Origin: Setoptus koraiensis
Lineage: Eukaryota; Animalia; Arthropoda
NCBI GenBank assembly: GCA_048013815.1
Contig: CM106585.1
Coordinates: 10,726,001 to 10,790,000, forward strand
DNA length: 64,000 nucleotides
Reading direction: 5' to 3'
In this document: in pieces, positions 23,334 to 36,371 of the stretch
Layout of the letters: each line of letters starts with the position of its first letter
How positions within the stretch are numbered: position 1 is the stretch's first letter
The notes under the pieces: model-generated
The model's database searches: none
The model's input: only the letters and a program-made list of their open reading frames with translations
Told to the model about the DNA's origin: nothing
Translations under genes and position numbers: made by a program

Positions 23334-25994
23334 TGTGATATAATGTTGTATATAAGTAGCAATAATAATTATGATAATAATGGATAAATACGTGGATATA
23401 TATAGACGGATTGTCTCCTATTCTTTCATAGGAGATAGGACATGTCATTCGATGCGTGTGTCACACACGGTGAATGTGTTTTATATCACTAATAAATATT
23501 TGCTGGGTGCGCTCTTTTCCATTACCGATACTCTGAGTGTGTAAAATATCCGCCAGGGGCGTTAGTAGCGTAAGTGAAATGCACACTACAAATGCATGAG
23601 TGTTCCATCAAGTTGATCTTTTTCCTTGCTGATTCGCTTGTGCAAGCGATTGAGCACACAATTGTGCAGTGCTGATTCAAACGCCAGGGGCGCTTTGTCT
23701 TGTGACGAGAAAATCATTTGCAGCAGCATTGACTGGCACTCACTGTTGTCAAACAAAGAAAGCAAAAGAGCGCCGCTCTGGCGGATATCGTTTCGCACTG
23801 AACGCATCAACATTGACAAAAGCGCACCCAGTACGAGACTGTGAGATAGTCTGTCTCTATGGCGGCATGTGTGATCATTCAGCACACTGTGCCGCACTAC
23901 ACACAAACTAGAACAGTTCGCTATGTGCTAAGACTGGAGCAGACAGTGCAGGTCATTTTAGTGCTGCACTACTGTGAAATGCCGCCGCATTCCCCATACA
24001 AACAGAATTGCCGTGCGCCCTCACTGAGCACAATCGCAGTCTGTTCCTCACCAAACGCTAATCTGTGCCCACCAGTACAGATAACTGTACTCCAGTATGC
24101 TTGCATAAAATATAGCTCGCCTTGCCCAAACCAAACGCATTGTGACCTCCATGCACAAGGTGTGCAAGCGACTGGCGAGCTCCATTGGTGTTAATCATAA
24201 TTTTTATACTACGAGTTACCGCGCGATCCGCTAGATGTCACGTCGTTCAGCTCCAAATTTATTATGTGATCATTTTGACTTTGCCATTAGATGGATTGAT
24301 CGTCGACAATTGAACTAATAATTTGACTCAATTCCAATAATTTACTGCAATTATCAATGGCGACTGACAAACGATGCTGTAGTTTTGCAGCAACTGGATC
24401 GACACACCAGGCAATTATCAAGCGGAGGATACACACAGGCCCAAGTGTCTTGGTGATTTGCTTCCTCCATTCGAGCGATCCTTCGCGTAGAGTTGATAAT
24501 AGTTGCGCATAAATCCCGCACCAGTCTTAGTATCGGCAGACGACAAGATAGTTGACTTGTATATCAAATGTGATGACTATGTATCTTGCACAAGGTAACT
24601 TGTTGGTAAAAATAGTGGCATCTCACACAGATAAAATCATGCGATCGATTACATGTCAATGCAAATACAATTTGTAAAAAGTGACACGGATGTGATTTGG
24701 CTGTTTCTGGCTGATGAACACACTCGGTTTTAGTACACGATGGTGATCACTCATCAATTGACTGAAACCATCTATTGAGACATCTAAAAGCCAGCAACAA
24801 GTGTCGCCCTTAAATTGACTGCCATCTTGAGCTCTCTCTCTCTCTCTCTTCCTGGCAAGCAGATTATACAATCTTGCCGATGATAAATACAAACTTTTGT
24901 TGTTACACGACAGCAAGATTTGCACACAATTTTAGGCTTTCTCTCCGATGATGATATATACAATTGTTTGACAAGTTGAATTGAATTGTTAACCTTCGTT
25001 TGTCGTGCTAGTAACGCAACAACAGAGACCGCAACATCTCACTCTCTCTATACATATATATATATATATACTGTATATATATGTATTGATTGCTATAAAC
25101 AGATTCTTTGAGATGATAATATAAAGTCTGCAATAAGAGCAACCAAGTTGTGAATCATCGTTTAACATTTCACCTCCCCGATGAATGTACAATCAGTTCT
25201 CCAAAGATAGCACTGAACCTTCCTTCAAACAAAATAAGCTAGTTAAGTGATAATTATGTACCAAAACTAATATGATCAACAGTCTTATTAAAAGTATACT
25301 ATTGACACAACAATAGTATCTCAAGCTGCATCATGCAAACACAATAGCTATCGTCATCTAACAAAATCAATCGAGTCATAGCATCAGCTAGATACTGTAC
25401 TTGCCACAACAATATTATTAATAGTTAAGACTATATTGCGCCTTTGGTTTCCCATCTGAAAACATATAGTCAACTCACAATTGTCAGATCCAGATCGTTC
25501 GAGTCACTATATTGATGGAGGTTTGTTAAATGTTCCTCCGATGGCGCGACAATCTGATTATCAACATTTAGAATTCATTTGTTTGTTTTCTAGCTAGTAG
25601 TAAATAAATATATAGATATATAAATTCATCGAGCAAAAACTAAGCAAAAATAGACAAAATAATAACTATATCGAGTGTTCAAAATAGAGTAGAATAATAG
25701 TTTTAGATAGGCATGAAAATTGATTGTATCACACACACTATACATCCCCACTAAAATCAGAAGGGGGAATTGTTCTTGAGTTTTGGTGTTATACGATGTT
25801 GTTTATTAAGATTTGATCGCCTAAATTGCCGATCAGTTGAGCAGTAGTATTCACTTCAGTGGTATCGAAATCACGTGGGAACCATTAAGAAGAATAAAAT
25901 ACATGTAACCATTGTATATGTAGTCAATAAGTATAATAGTAGAAGTCAGTTTTCTATTGCTTTTGTCCATTTAGTTGATTAAAGTCGCTCAAAG

Positions 25995-28900
25995 ATGATC
26001 ATGGAAGATCTGCAAAGACAACAGTTAGCATTTAGCAACGGAAATCTAGCTCCTTATTCAAATACAAATACAATTATGATATTGAATAATAACCATGATA
26101 CTCAACCACTCAATACAACCGTCATCGATAGCAACACATCAATAACAACAAATAACCCGTTATGCAACATTTACCAAAATCATAATCATAACGCCACTCA
26201 TAATACCCATGTTGTTCAGCAACAACCGATTAATCATCATCATCAACACCAACATCAAGTGTCGTCGCCAAATCATATTCATCATAATTCTCAGCATGTG
26301 TCTATTAGTGGTGTTGTCAACAATACTTCCTCCAATCTAGCAGGTCACGACAGTCATGTTGATCTTCACAACAGTTTACATCATCACGCATCACAACAAC
26401 ATCATCATCAACATCATCTCTTAGATATTAATGAGATAGATGAAAGTTTGAGAATGCAAAGCAACGTGCTAGCATCATCGCCCCCATCCACAGCATCGCA
26501 ACAATTGTATACCAATGACACTAATCCAACAGCAATACAATCCAATCTGAATGTCACCTCTTTAGATGATGAATTTGAAACAATTCTTAGTCACATAAGA
26601 GATGAAGAAGAGTCAATGGATGAGATCTACAATTCATCTGGTATTTGGCTGGATTCACTAGATACAAAGATGGCATCCTTGCCACCTGATGAAAATACTC
26701 ACATAGTACCAAATCCAACAGCAGATCATCAGGACCAGAATAAGAGTTGCTCAAATTACTCTATGCACCAACAAATTCAGCAAACAAGTCTAGGGTCAAC
26801 AAGCACAATAAGAAAACAAGCAGGAACTACAACAACCAATATAATCAATAACAATCAACAGCTTACTGATGGCGACTTGTTACCGAAAATTCAATATGTA
26901 CGTCCAACAATACAGCAGCATCATATGACCAATGCAATGCAACAACAAAAAACCCTATTATCTCCAGCGATTGGCCATCATTTAGCGATGCAAACTGAGA
27001 CGAGTGTAATGATGAAATGTAACGATGAAGAGCGACGGCATCATTTAGGCATAGAAAACAATAACAACAACAACAACAACCAATATTCTACCAACTCAAC
27101 TTCAAACAAGACCATCGAAACAACGAACGAGCAAACGGCAATGCACTGCAAAAAAGAAGCAAATCAAGGCATTGTTGATCAGCAACAAACAACACTATCA
27201 GATTGTGCTGGTGGTGTTCCGATGGAACCGGTTCTGGTCAGTTTAACATTAGCATCCTCTGTGTCGCCAAGCTTGTCAGTAGGTGGTCAGCCGGAGAAGA
27301 GGACGGCCCACAATGCGATCGAGCGGCGCTATAGATCGTCTATTAATGATAAAATTATCGAACTTAAGAACATTGTTGTTGGTAATGAAGCTAAATTAAA
27401 CAAGTCAGCAGTGCTGAGAAAGGCAATCGAGTATATTAATCAATTACAGTTGACAAATGCCAAACTGAAACAAGAGAATATGAACTTAAAGTTGTCAGCA
27501 GCTAATATAATAACTACAAATCAAATACAAAATAGTCAACAAAATAATTCCGCTTCAGCTACCTCAATTATTTATTCTACTCCGAACAGCTCCAATAGAT
27601 TTGCGACAGCACCACATCAGCAACAGCAGACAATAGTAAATAACAAGCAAAGTAATAATAATAATAACGATGATGATTGTGTCAAAAATTCCAACAGCAA
27701 CCTCAAATTCAAGAGCTCACAAAAGGAAAGTTCAATGAATTCATCTTTTGCCCATCTAAGTCAATCAAATCTAGATTCAAGAGACCTAGCACTGAACAGC
27801 GCTTGCTCGATGCTGACCGGAAGTCCGACCACTGCCTCATCGCCCGATCAAAGTGGCATGAGATGGGACTCAAGCTCGTCTGGGTCGGGCTCTCCACTTT
27901 CGCCCAAGAATGTGGCCCCCTCACCCCAGCAGCAACTACCATTCAAGCTGGTCAACAACAAGAAGAATGGTCCAGACAAAAACAAACTCACCGCAAAAGA
28001 ATGTAACAGCACCAATGACAAGAACAGCAAATCCGTTACGTCAAGTATCGTGATGCAAACAAATGCGGCGCTAACAGCAACCACTTCAAACGTCGCGAGC
28101 CACATCAATCCCAGGACACATAGTTTAAGTGTCAACGATAGTTCCAGAATGTTCTTGTGTCTATTCGTACTTGGCATAGTCACTTTCAATCCGCTTGGAA
28201 CTGTTTTGTCGCCACAAAACAGTGACATGTCAGTCACTTACACAGCAGCACCTGGACCATCACCTATAGCCTCTAGAAACATTCTAGCATTTTTATCTGA
28301 CAACACCAACAGCAACAGTTCTTGGTGGTGGTCAAGATTTTTTGCCGACGCAACAGCCACAACACTCATTATATGGCTAGTCAATATATTCATATGTCTG
28401 GTTCTACTAAGGAAGGCCTTGAGACCGTTACGTGTCAAGATTACTGACGAAACAATTAAAGAAAGCTTGCCTGCTTTAGCTAAGGGTGCAAGCGAGTTGC
28501 AAATTGGCAATCTTCATGAAGCCAGGCGTAACTTTGAGATCGGTTTAGATCGCCTATTGGGCAAACCAATGCCAACAAGCAGATTATCTAAATTGATTTC
28601 TATAACTTGGCAACTTATTCGTCATTGTCTCATACAACTGTATATTGGTCGCTGGTTATCACCCAATGATAGGGACTCGGATCAAGTGATCAAATTAATT
28701 TGTTTCATCAATTGCAAACTAAATAGCATAGATTTAATACTCAATGAGGGGAGGCGCACATTATCGGGCTACTTATACGCGCTGACAGCGGTCAATGATA
28801 GTCTCCTAGTCAAAGATTGTCAAGGTTACTCCATAAATGCTTTCATCTACGCTAATTTAAGATTCAAGGGTACGTCAAGTCTATTGGCGAGATATTTTTT

Positions 28901-30365
28901 GAGACGCGCATCAAAATTAATTGATCCCAACAATGTTACACAACAACTATTAGCCAATACATTGAGCAGAAAATATTTCAACAAACCACACAAATGGAGT
29001 TACCGGTTCGAGGATTGTTCATCATTGTTTGCCGATTCACATTTCGTCTTGAATGATGCACTATCGTATATTGCATTCAATTATAGGAGGTACCTCATTA
29101 AGAAGTGCATACTATCCATGCTGAATCCACGACCCGGCACACTACAACTGCACGGAAACAGGATTGTATTGGTAAAGGGATCCAAGTCAGAATTGGTTCA
29201 ATTGGTGGACGCCATAGGTATTCTTATGAACAATAGCAAATTCTATCAAGATCCAGTGGCCATATGGTGGTCAAATGTGTTGGCCTTGGGTTATTACTGG
29301 CTAACAGGTAATGCTGCCCAGGCGCACGAAATTAAATTGGAATATCCGACATGTTTGGCCAAAAATCAATTGGTCAATTCGTTGCTGGTGGCGGCAAAAG
29401 TGCGACGCTTCATAGAGATGAATGACAGCCTAGAGAACGATATTCTGTTGTCTCTATTGGAAAGGTCTAGTTTGGCTTTGTGGCAATCCATTGAGGCTAG
29501 CGAAATAGTGAAAATGGAGAAGGCCGCTGAGCTCGCTAAAGCTCGTCAAAGCGCTATTTATAAGGGCAGCGGCTATTCTCATCTGGCATCAAGTGACAGC
29601 CATCTTTATAGTGATGAAAATAGTGAATGTGATGAAATAGTTCACCATGAAGACGATGACGACGACGATGACGACTCAGGATCTAATAGTGATGCTGACT
29701 TGGGCGAGGGCGATCTAGAGAGTGGCCAACAAATGATTGAGGCCTTTCAATTGATGTGCTGCGATTGGTTATTATCAGCAAGAATGACCATGTGGGAAAA
29801 TGCTAACAACGTAAACAAACGTCGTCACCAGTGCGATTTCAACCTCCACGAGTCAAGCCAACAACTCAACTCGAAACAACAAACAAACATTGTTTCGTCG
29901 ACACAACATCATGGTCAGCATCATAAAGTTGGAACAAAGATTGATGCACGCAATTATTCTCTCAATCAACAGCGTTACGCTGTAGACACGCAAATGAGTG
30001 AAAAGTTCATAAATGCATTCAGAAATGACTTGTACACATTAATACATTTAAGCCAGAGTATAGCTAGCGCAAAAACAAAAGTCTACCTGTACGAGGGCTG
30101 TTACAGATTGATTAGCGGAGCTAACCCTCTCAAAGCGATGGGTTATTTCGATCGGACATTGAGGAAGAGACGCCAAAGTTCAAATTCAAAAATTATCTGC
30201 TTGAACGGAGATGGATCTAAGCATATATCACTGAGTAACCATAATGACTTCGCCAAGGCCTTACTAATACAAAAGTACCTGCCAGAGGCATGTTTCTCTT
30301 GTCCCGCCGAGAGGGTCGGTCTCGAGCGTGAAGGTTTTGTTCTGATGAACCAATATAGAAGTTGA
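25995..30365 (+). CDS. SREBP: Sterol regulatory element-binding protein, single 4.4-kb coding exon
   Basis: bHLH-Zip [25 protein letters not shown] with the SREBP-specific Tyr. TM1 [19 protein letters not shown] carries the NP helix-break, followed by the luminal RNIL (RxxL site-1 motif), TM2, and a C-terminal regulatory domain. Confidence 0.95.
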   Translation: MIMEDLQRQQLAFSNGNLAPYSNTNTIMILNNNHDTQPLNTTVIDSNTSITTNNPLCNIYQNHNHNATHNTHVVQQQPINHHHQHQHQVSSPNHIHHNSQHVSISGVVNNTSSNLAGHDSHVDLHNSLHHHASQQHHHQHHLLDINEIDESLRMQSNVLASSPPSTASQQLYTNDTNPTAIQSNLNVTSLDDEFETILSHIRDEEESMDEIYNSSGIWLDSLDTKMASLPPDENTHIVPNPTADHQDQNKSCSNYSMHQQIQQTSLGSTSTIRKQAGTTTTNIINNNQQLTDGDLLPKIQYVRPTIQQHHMTNAMQQQKTLLSPAIGHHLAMQTETSVMMKCNDEERRHHLGIENNNNNNNNQYSTNSTSNKTIETTNEQTAMHCKKEANQGIVDQQQTTLSDCAGGVPMEPVLVSLTLASSVSPSLSVGGQPEKRTAHNAIERRYRSSINDKIIELKNIVVGNEAKLNKSAVLRKAIEYINQLQLTNAKLKQENMNLKLSAANIITTNQIQNSQQNNSASATSIIYSTPNSSNRFATAPHQQQQTIVNNKQSNNNNNDDDCVKNSNSNLKFKSSQKESSMNSSFAHLSQSNLDSRDLALNSACSMLTGSPTTASSPDQSGMRWDSSSSGSGSPLSPKNVAPSPQQQLPFKLVNNKKNGPDKNKLTAKECNSTNDKNSKSVTSSIVMQTNAALTATTSNVASHINPRTHSLSVNDSSRMFLCLFVLGIVTFNPLGTVLSPQNSDMSVTYTAAPGPSPIASRNILAFLSDNTNSNSSWWWSRFFADATATTLIIWLVNIFICLVLLRKALRPLRVKITDETIKESLPALAKGASELQIGNLHEARRNFEIGLDRLLGKPMPTSRLSKLISITWQLIRHCLIQLYIGRWLSPNDRDSDQVIKLICFINCKLNSIDLILNEGRRTLSGYLYALTAVNDSLLVKDCQGYSINAFIYANLRFKGTSSLLARYFLRRASKLIDPNNVTQQLLANTLSRKYFNKPHKWSYRFEDCSSLFADSHFVLNDALSYIAFNYRRYLIKKCILSMLNPRPGTLQLHGNRIVLVKGSKSELVQLVDAIGILMNNSKFYQDPVAIWWSNVLALGYYWLTGNAAQAHEIKLEYPTCLAKNQLVNSLLVAAKVRRFIEMNDSLENDILLSLLERSSLALWQSIEASEIVKMEKAAELAKARQSAIYKGSGYSHLASSDSHLYSDENSECDEIVHHEDDDDDDDDSGSNSDADLGEGDLESGQQMIEAFQLMCCDWLLSARMTMWENANNVNKRRHQCDFNLHESSQQLNSKQQTNIVSSTQHHGQHHKVGTKIDARNYSLNQQRYAVDTQMSEKFINAFRNDLYTLIHLSQSIASAKTKVYLYEGCYRLISGANPLKAMGYFDRTLRKRRQSSNSKIICLNGDGSKHISLSNHNDFAKALLIQKYLPEACFSCPAERVGLEREGFVLMNQYRS

Positions 30366-30557
30366 TTGAATACTTGATGACCCAACTGAAACTATTAAAA
30401 AAATGTTCGAAGGTACAAAGAGATTCACTATTGATATCTTTAATCGCGATCATCTAGCAAAAATCTAGTCTTCCTGCTATTAGACTAACGTTTGTGTATA
30501 AGTCGCAATATTCAAGTTGAGAGATGCAGATCTTCTTCGTCATTATTGTGATTACGA

Positions 30558-32033
30558 TTATTCCTTGATCTTGCCACCATCTCCCTCGCTTATGAAACGT
30601 TTTCGGCCTCTAGATGGCACATTGTTGACAACGTCACGAGGTAAGAACAATGTTTGATCGAAACACGTTTGCATAAACTTCTCCAAAGTTGAGTATGCAT
30701 GTGGTACATCGATGCTTATTTCTGGCATTTCATCAAAGATTCTTAAGAAACCCTTTTTCAGTTGATCCACGCTCAGAAGATTTGTGTCGGACATGTCTTT
30801 CAATAATTTAGCGATTGATACAATGTCCTGAGCTTGTTTGCTGTCCTCAATCGCCATTAGTACCGCTTCATAAACGAACTCATGGTAGAAGTGAGGTACC
30901 TCTAGCTCTGTTAGGCAGCGTTTTGCCTCATCAATATCAAGTGAGGTCAGATATTCTTTCAAGAGTAAGCGCATTTGTTTGATTAAATATTTCACCGGAC
31001 GAGCACCTCCAGTTAGTCCCCAAACAGTGTCCAATAAAATGAGGCCTCGTTTAGCATAGATCAAAGTGTTGGCATGATTAAGTGCCTCCGCAGTTAGCTT
31101 GTCAGACTTGCTGATACTTGTTTGTTGCTGTTCCAATTTTGAGTCAAGTTCCTCTTTCGCTTCGCTAACATATTTCGGTGGGATACAATCGTCAGCGACA
31201 GCTCGTGCAAGGAAGCAACCCAAAACGCTAGCAGCATCTGGAGTGTCTAGCGCAAGATCACTAAGTTGGCTGAGAAGATGGTCAAAGCCGCGTTCAATAT
31301 CAGTGGTGGTAAGAATGCGCCCATATAGATCAGAGATGAGAATTGAAGCCAATTCTCTATGATATGCCTTTCTTTCCATTGCAACAGTGACAATGACAAC
31401 GAGAATCTGGTGATAGTTTTGAGCCAAATTGGCTTCCTCCAGCGAGCATGCAACCTCTGACGTGTCGCCATGTTCCAGGTATTCCACCACTATTGGCTCA
31501 ATGAAATCTTCCACTTCGTCGTCTTCCAATGGCGGTGTGATGGCTTCAAATTTGCAATTGTCCTCGCTGTCTGAATCATAGTTTGGATCCAATGGATCAA
31601 TATCGTTGTAGTCGGTCAATGGATCAATGCAACCAACTTGGTCACTAGTGGCGATACCCCAAGTGAATTGGCACCCGGATCCGTTGCTCTTTTTAACCAG
31701 TCCCCGTCCGTAGCGGCCTCTCGGTTTGTGACTATTCTTGTGATTGTATCGGCGAACATTATTGGTGAATCGTGTCATCAGATCGTCAGGTTCCTCTTCA
31801 TAGAGCGAGTCGATGTCAACAGAACCAGGCCTGACAATTTGGCCATTATAGGTGCGTCTTGCGTGTTGCTGAAAGTTGGCCTTGCTTATTTCTTGGTGTC
31901 TCTTTGAGGGACGTTTAGCCTTCAATTGAGCTTTTGCATGTTGTTGACCACCAGCGCCGTTGGCGGAAAATGGAGAATTTTTTCTGATTGCATCATTCGC
32001 TGTTGCTGGCGTTGAATTCATTGTTGACATCAT
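30558..32033 (-). CDS. PDCD4: Programmed cell death protein 4 (two MA3 domains), single coding exon
   Basis: KKS.G.G..F.WG, D..DPNYDS, EYLEHGDT.EV, L.DLALDTPDA..VLG.FLARAVADD, C..EL.VPHFYHE.VYEA, GF.RIFDEMPEISIDVP.AY and SRGRKRFISEGDGG. Confidence 0.95.
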   Translation of the reverse strand: MMSTMNSTPATANDAIRKNSPFSANGAGGQQHAKAQLKAKRPSKRHQEISKANFQQHARRTYNGQIVRPGSVDIDSLYEEEPDDLMTRFTNNVRRYNHKNSHKPRGRYGRGLVKKSNGSGCQFTWGIATSDQVGCIDPLTDYNDIDPLDPNYDSDSEDNCKFEAITPPLEDDEVEDFIEPIVVEYLEHGDTSEVACSLEEANLAQNYHQILVVIVTVAMERKAYHRELASILISDLYGRILTTTDIERGFDHLLSQLSDLALDTPDAASVLGCFLARAVADDCIPPKYVSEAKEELDSKLEQQQTSISKSDKLTAEALNHANTLIYAKRGLILLDTVWGLTGGARPVKYLIKQMRLLLKEYLTSLDIDEAKRCLTELEVPHFYHEFVYEAVLMAIEDSKQAQDIVSIAKLLKDMSDTNLLSVDQLKKGFLRIFDEMPEISIDVPHAYSTLEKFMQTCFDQTLFLPRDVVNNVPSRGRKRFISEGDGGKIKE

Positions 32034-33799
32034 TGCGATGGTGTTAAGCTGATATAGAAATATTGGATAAGAAAAAATAGTGCTTATTGTATTGTTGCGT
32101 TGCGTGTCAATTCGATATTCGACTGACTTTGTTTAAAATAGTGCATATGCTGGCAGAGGAAACTTTTAGATTTGTGCTGAGACTTTCAATTTGATGTATG
32201 GATGTAATCAAGTTGCGTTGAGATTGCCTGATTGACCACCGGGTATGCACAAGACAAGAAAGTTGCTGTTGAGATGATATGAATATAGTGGTAATTGGTT
32301 TTTGGTTTGCTGTATTTTGTGTGTGTTCGGTTTGCTTTTTGTTGTTGTTTTTCGCTTTGTCTTTCGCTTTTTGAGGTAGTTGCAAGATGAGCCTAGTCAA
32401 ACGAACCAAATATCTATTGACTGGTCATTGGCTACGCAAGTGCTGCTCGAATGCTACAGCATCAAGTGTTAGCATGACAAAGCAAGATGCTATCTGTTTC
32501 TATCGGACTTTAATAAAAGCTTTTCGATGATGAAAATACCGATATTGTCAAGTTGTTACAATACGAAAGTGTATTGCGTCGGCCTCAGTTCGAATTCGCT
32601 GAATTCTTACGTTTGTATAGTTCGCTGGTGCTGCCTCTGCTACATCACGGCTTTTACATGTAGTTTGCTGCTTGCACGTCTGTCCGTCCGTGCGTGTGTT
32701 TGTTAGTTTTGTTGTTGTTGTTGTTGTTGATCACTTTTGCTTCTCTCCCTGCTCTTTCCCTGTTCGCCCCGTCTTTTTGTTCGTCTGCAGTGCTGCAAAA
32801 GCGCTGCTGCTGCCGCTGTGAATGTGCCGTGCTCGCAAATGCAATTGAGCCGATTCTGTCGCTTTCGGCCCCCTGTCATTCACTCAAATGGGCACAACAA
32901 ATGGAGGGAAAAGAACAGAATACAATCTTGTGCATTTCAGGGCACAGTCGATCTGCTTGCTAGTGATAACGCGTGCGCTGCGACACTCCTTCCCTCGGAC
33001 TAGGGAACTTTTGCAGGGGGGTAACAACTGCTCCGGTGACACACGAATACCCCTCATTCGACCGTGCTCTACCCCCATTCTTCTCCTCATAACGATAACG
33101 ATAACGAAAACGAAAACAACAACAACAATAACAGCGACAACAACAACAAAAACAGCCAGCAGCAGCTTGTTTTCGAGAAACATCTCCAACTAGTAAACAA
33201 CATCATTATTTCAAGCCAAATCATCACTATTGCAGCAGCAGCCGCAGGAGCATTGCCTCATAAACTGCATTTTGAATAGATCTACTACACTCAAGTGCTG
33301 CAACCTATGACCATTCCACTATGGTTCTGCAGTGGATATTTGCTAGCCATGTGTGATGTAGTGGGCAGATGTTATGCAACAACCAAACAACTAGTCATGG
33401 TCAACTAGAAATATACATGTTTCTAAAGCCTTTCTTGCCAAATTTCAATCCAGCTCGACCGTGACCGTGAGCCGTATTTCTAGTTTCTCTCTCATGTTGG
33501 CTAGCTTGTTGGCTGACTGGACGACTTGATATGACCAAAACAAAAACAGGATTACTCTAGAGTCTAGACACTCGGACACTTCCACAATAATGTAGGCAAT
33601 TGTACAAATATAGTAATATAAATATATGTAGTGATCTTGCAGCTTTGAAAGTTGCATCAACCAGGAAGCGAGCGACTGCGTAAAGTACATCCCTTTGTTT
33701 ATTGTATTCAGTTCTTGACCCTTTCTCCCGTTGGTCTTTCACTTTTCCACAACCTTTGTCCGACAGAAAGTTCGAAATGGTATCGAGATATATGTAGTC

Positions 33800-35500
33800 G
33801 ACAACCGGTAACTCTCTTAACTATTCTTGTTCCAGAGTAGATTACATGGGAAGCCGACTGTTTCTAGTGATATGGGCAAATCTCTCGGCACGGGAGGAAA
33901 GCTCCAGGATGTGGGAGATGCCTCCCGGGAGATCCCGAATCTCCCATTTCTCTCCAATGCACAAATAAACGGTCAGAGCTGAAGAAAACGAATGATAGGG
34001 AAATACAAAGATACAGTATGATCAACAACGTAACCTTCGACACTATCGCATCCTGGATTTGAGTCCAAAAAATGTTCAGCTCGACCTAGTGTTCCGGTTG
34101 GAATGATTTATAATCGTAGTCCGAACCACCGAGACTTTCTGGGAGAGTATTAACCGTCTCTACCGACTAGAAGAAACGGAAAAGATGTCAGACTAGGTAG
34201 AAATTGGTTCGAGCCATCAAATTCCTGCCCGAACACTATAGCGACCCAGGGAACAAGCCCTGCCAAGAACCCTAATCATAGATAGCGTGGTCTTTCGGTC
34301 AAATGCTGTCACACGTTATTTAGGATATTTCAGATATCTGTGGTAAAGGGGTCTGATAAGAGAACGAGTATTTCGAAAGTGCGGAAATTCTTAGTTCCCG
34401 AGATAACCGGGGTCTGCATGCTAGGTCATTCTCCATACCTTAACAAAACCACGGGTGAAACGACTAAGTGGTAAGCCTGTAATGATTGGACCAGAACCTC
34501 TGATCCGACCAGTAATGCAGTTTCAGGCCGACAAATATGCCTGCTGCCGACGTCCTGGCGAATCTCTCGATTCGAGAATCGCCAGGATGTCAGCAATTGC
34601 GGCGGCCGAGGCGCCCGAGCGAGCAGCAGCTCCAGCAACAATCACAACACCAGCAGGACCAACAGCGATGGAGACTCACTGTTATCATTATTATTACAAT
34701 AAAAAATTTGAGCGAGCTCTCACGGCCTCTCTTCGTTAGACAGAACGAAAGGTTATTGAGATCCAGTTTCTCTCCGACGACTGTGAATGATGATGTATTA
34801 CGGTTCAAATGCTTATTTGGAGTTTGGAAACAAAGAACAACCAACCAACCAACCAACCAACCGATTTCTCTTCTCGAGCCGGTGGCTCGGATTTTCCTAT
34901 CAAACGATTATTACTGGTAGTTGTGGGGTTCCTCGTCTAGTTTCATATCCATGGCCTAAATGATCTCGTATATGCAAGACTTCCGGAATACCTTACCGGG
35001 TATCAGAGCATCATACCCTACCCGAAAATACCCAATATACCCAAATTGGGCGTGGTACGTATTCCGAACAATAACCGAGCTGTCAATGCATCAGCAATTA
35101 ATGGATGAGATTGGCGGGACGAGACTTGCTGAGAGGTGTGCTCGGCGCGGGGTGACATGGCCTATCTACGAATGAAGGTGGAAGGACAGACTGCTCACAA
35201 GCTGGTGAGTAATGAGTTTCATCATAATCGGCACTGAGACGCCATTTATTTCCGAAGCTGAAAGGCAGATGCTCTTCTTGTTTCAAATTCAGGCTCTGTA
35301 CTGCGCAGGGCGGAACGTGATGCTTTCCAAAAATCGTACCCTTGATTGTACCCACAGTTTTCTCTAAATACCCAGTGAATACCCTTTATTACCCTTGAAA
35401 TACCCCTGAAATACCGTCGATTTACCCACACATGATCAAGAATACCCTCAATTGTAAAAAATACCTCTCGTGAGTTTACGCTCACGATTTCAACATGTCA
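33800..35500. other. Non-genic island with long stop-interrupted reading frames, hairpins and (CCAA)n; possibly a decayed mobile or viral element
   Basis: Composition differs from the microsatellite-rich flanks. One + frame has long runs broken by scattered stops. No RT, integrase or transposase motif was recognised. Confidence 0.25.
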
Positions 35501-36371
35501 GTCGTAAACAGTTCTATTGAAAATAGAAACCTCACATCAACTGAACTCATCAAACCGAATCTACCGTTTCAAACCGACCAGCAATCCAAGCCAGTCAAAC
35601 AACTTGAACCAATAAAACCATAAACACTTGATTAAAATTAAGCGCTAAAAAGTCAACCCTTTTGCCGACCGGTGAAGGAAGAAAACATTCTCCGGCATCC
35701 TAACAACAAGTGCTCTATCTATTACGCTAGAATTTGCCAACCAACTGAAAACCAAACCAACCAACCAACCAACCAAACCATCAAAATTTGAATTTTTCCG
35801 ACATATATACTTCTCATACTAACGCATCATCCGTGGATGCTGAAACGACGGTTGGGAATCCAGACAGGCGGTTTGATTGTAGAAAATACGAAGAAAAATC
35901 TCGATTTTTCGGTGGGAACGAGATTAGCTTTTTCTCGGTCCTGGTACACAGGAGACTTCAAGAAGACTCTTGTCGGTGTATTCTGAGTGTCACTGCCGGG
36001 GACTTGTGTGTTGAGAGTGTGGTAGTTGCGCACCTCGGTGACAGTTACGTTTTGAGTCCTCTTTCGACCTTATAGTGATTTCGAATGACCCGGCTAAAAC
36101 AAAGTATGATTAATGGTGATAGTTGCGCTAGCAGAGACAGCCATACTATTAAAAAAGAAAATATTATTGGCCGGCCAAAAATACCACGCTCGTTCTTTGT
36201 CGTCGAGTATCCTCTCGGCGATAAAAGATTTCTCATAGATAGAAAAACCAACAAATATTACAATACACTGAAGTCCAATGGTACCCTTGAGCATGACGCA
36301 ATCCAACACGCACTTGATCAAAAAGAACTCTTCCTTTACTCACTCGGACTGGTGAAAAAGGAAAATAAATC

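Noticed and set aside
32585-32600. tRNA-like B-box GTTCGAATTC (also GGTTCGAGCC near 34206)
   Set aside because: No A-box, acceptor stem or cloverleaf could be built around either site.
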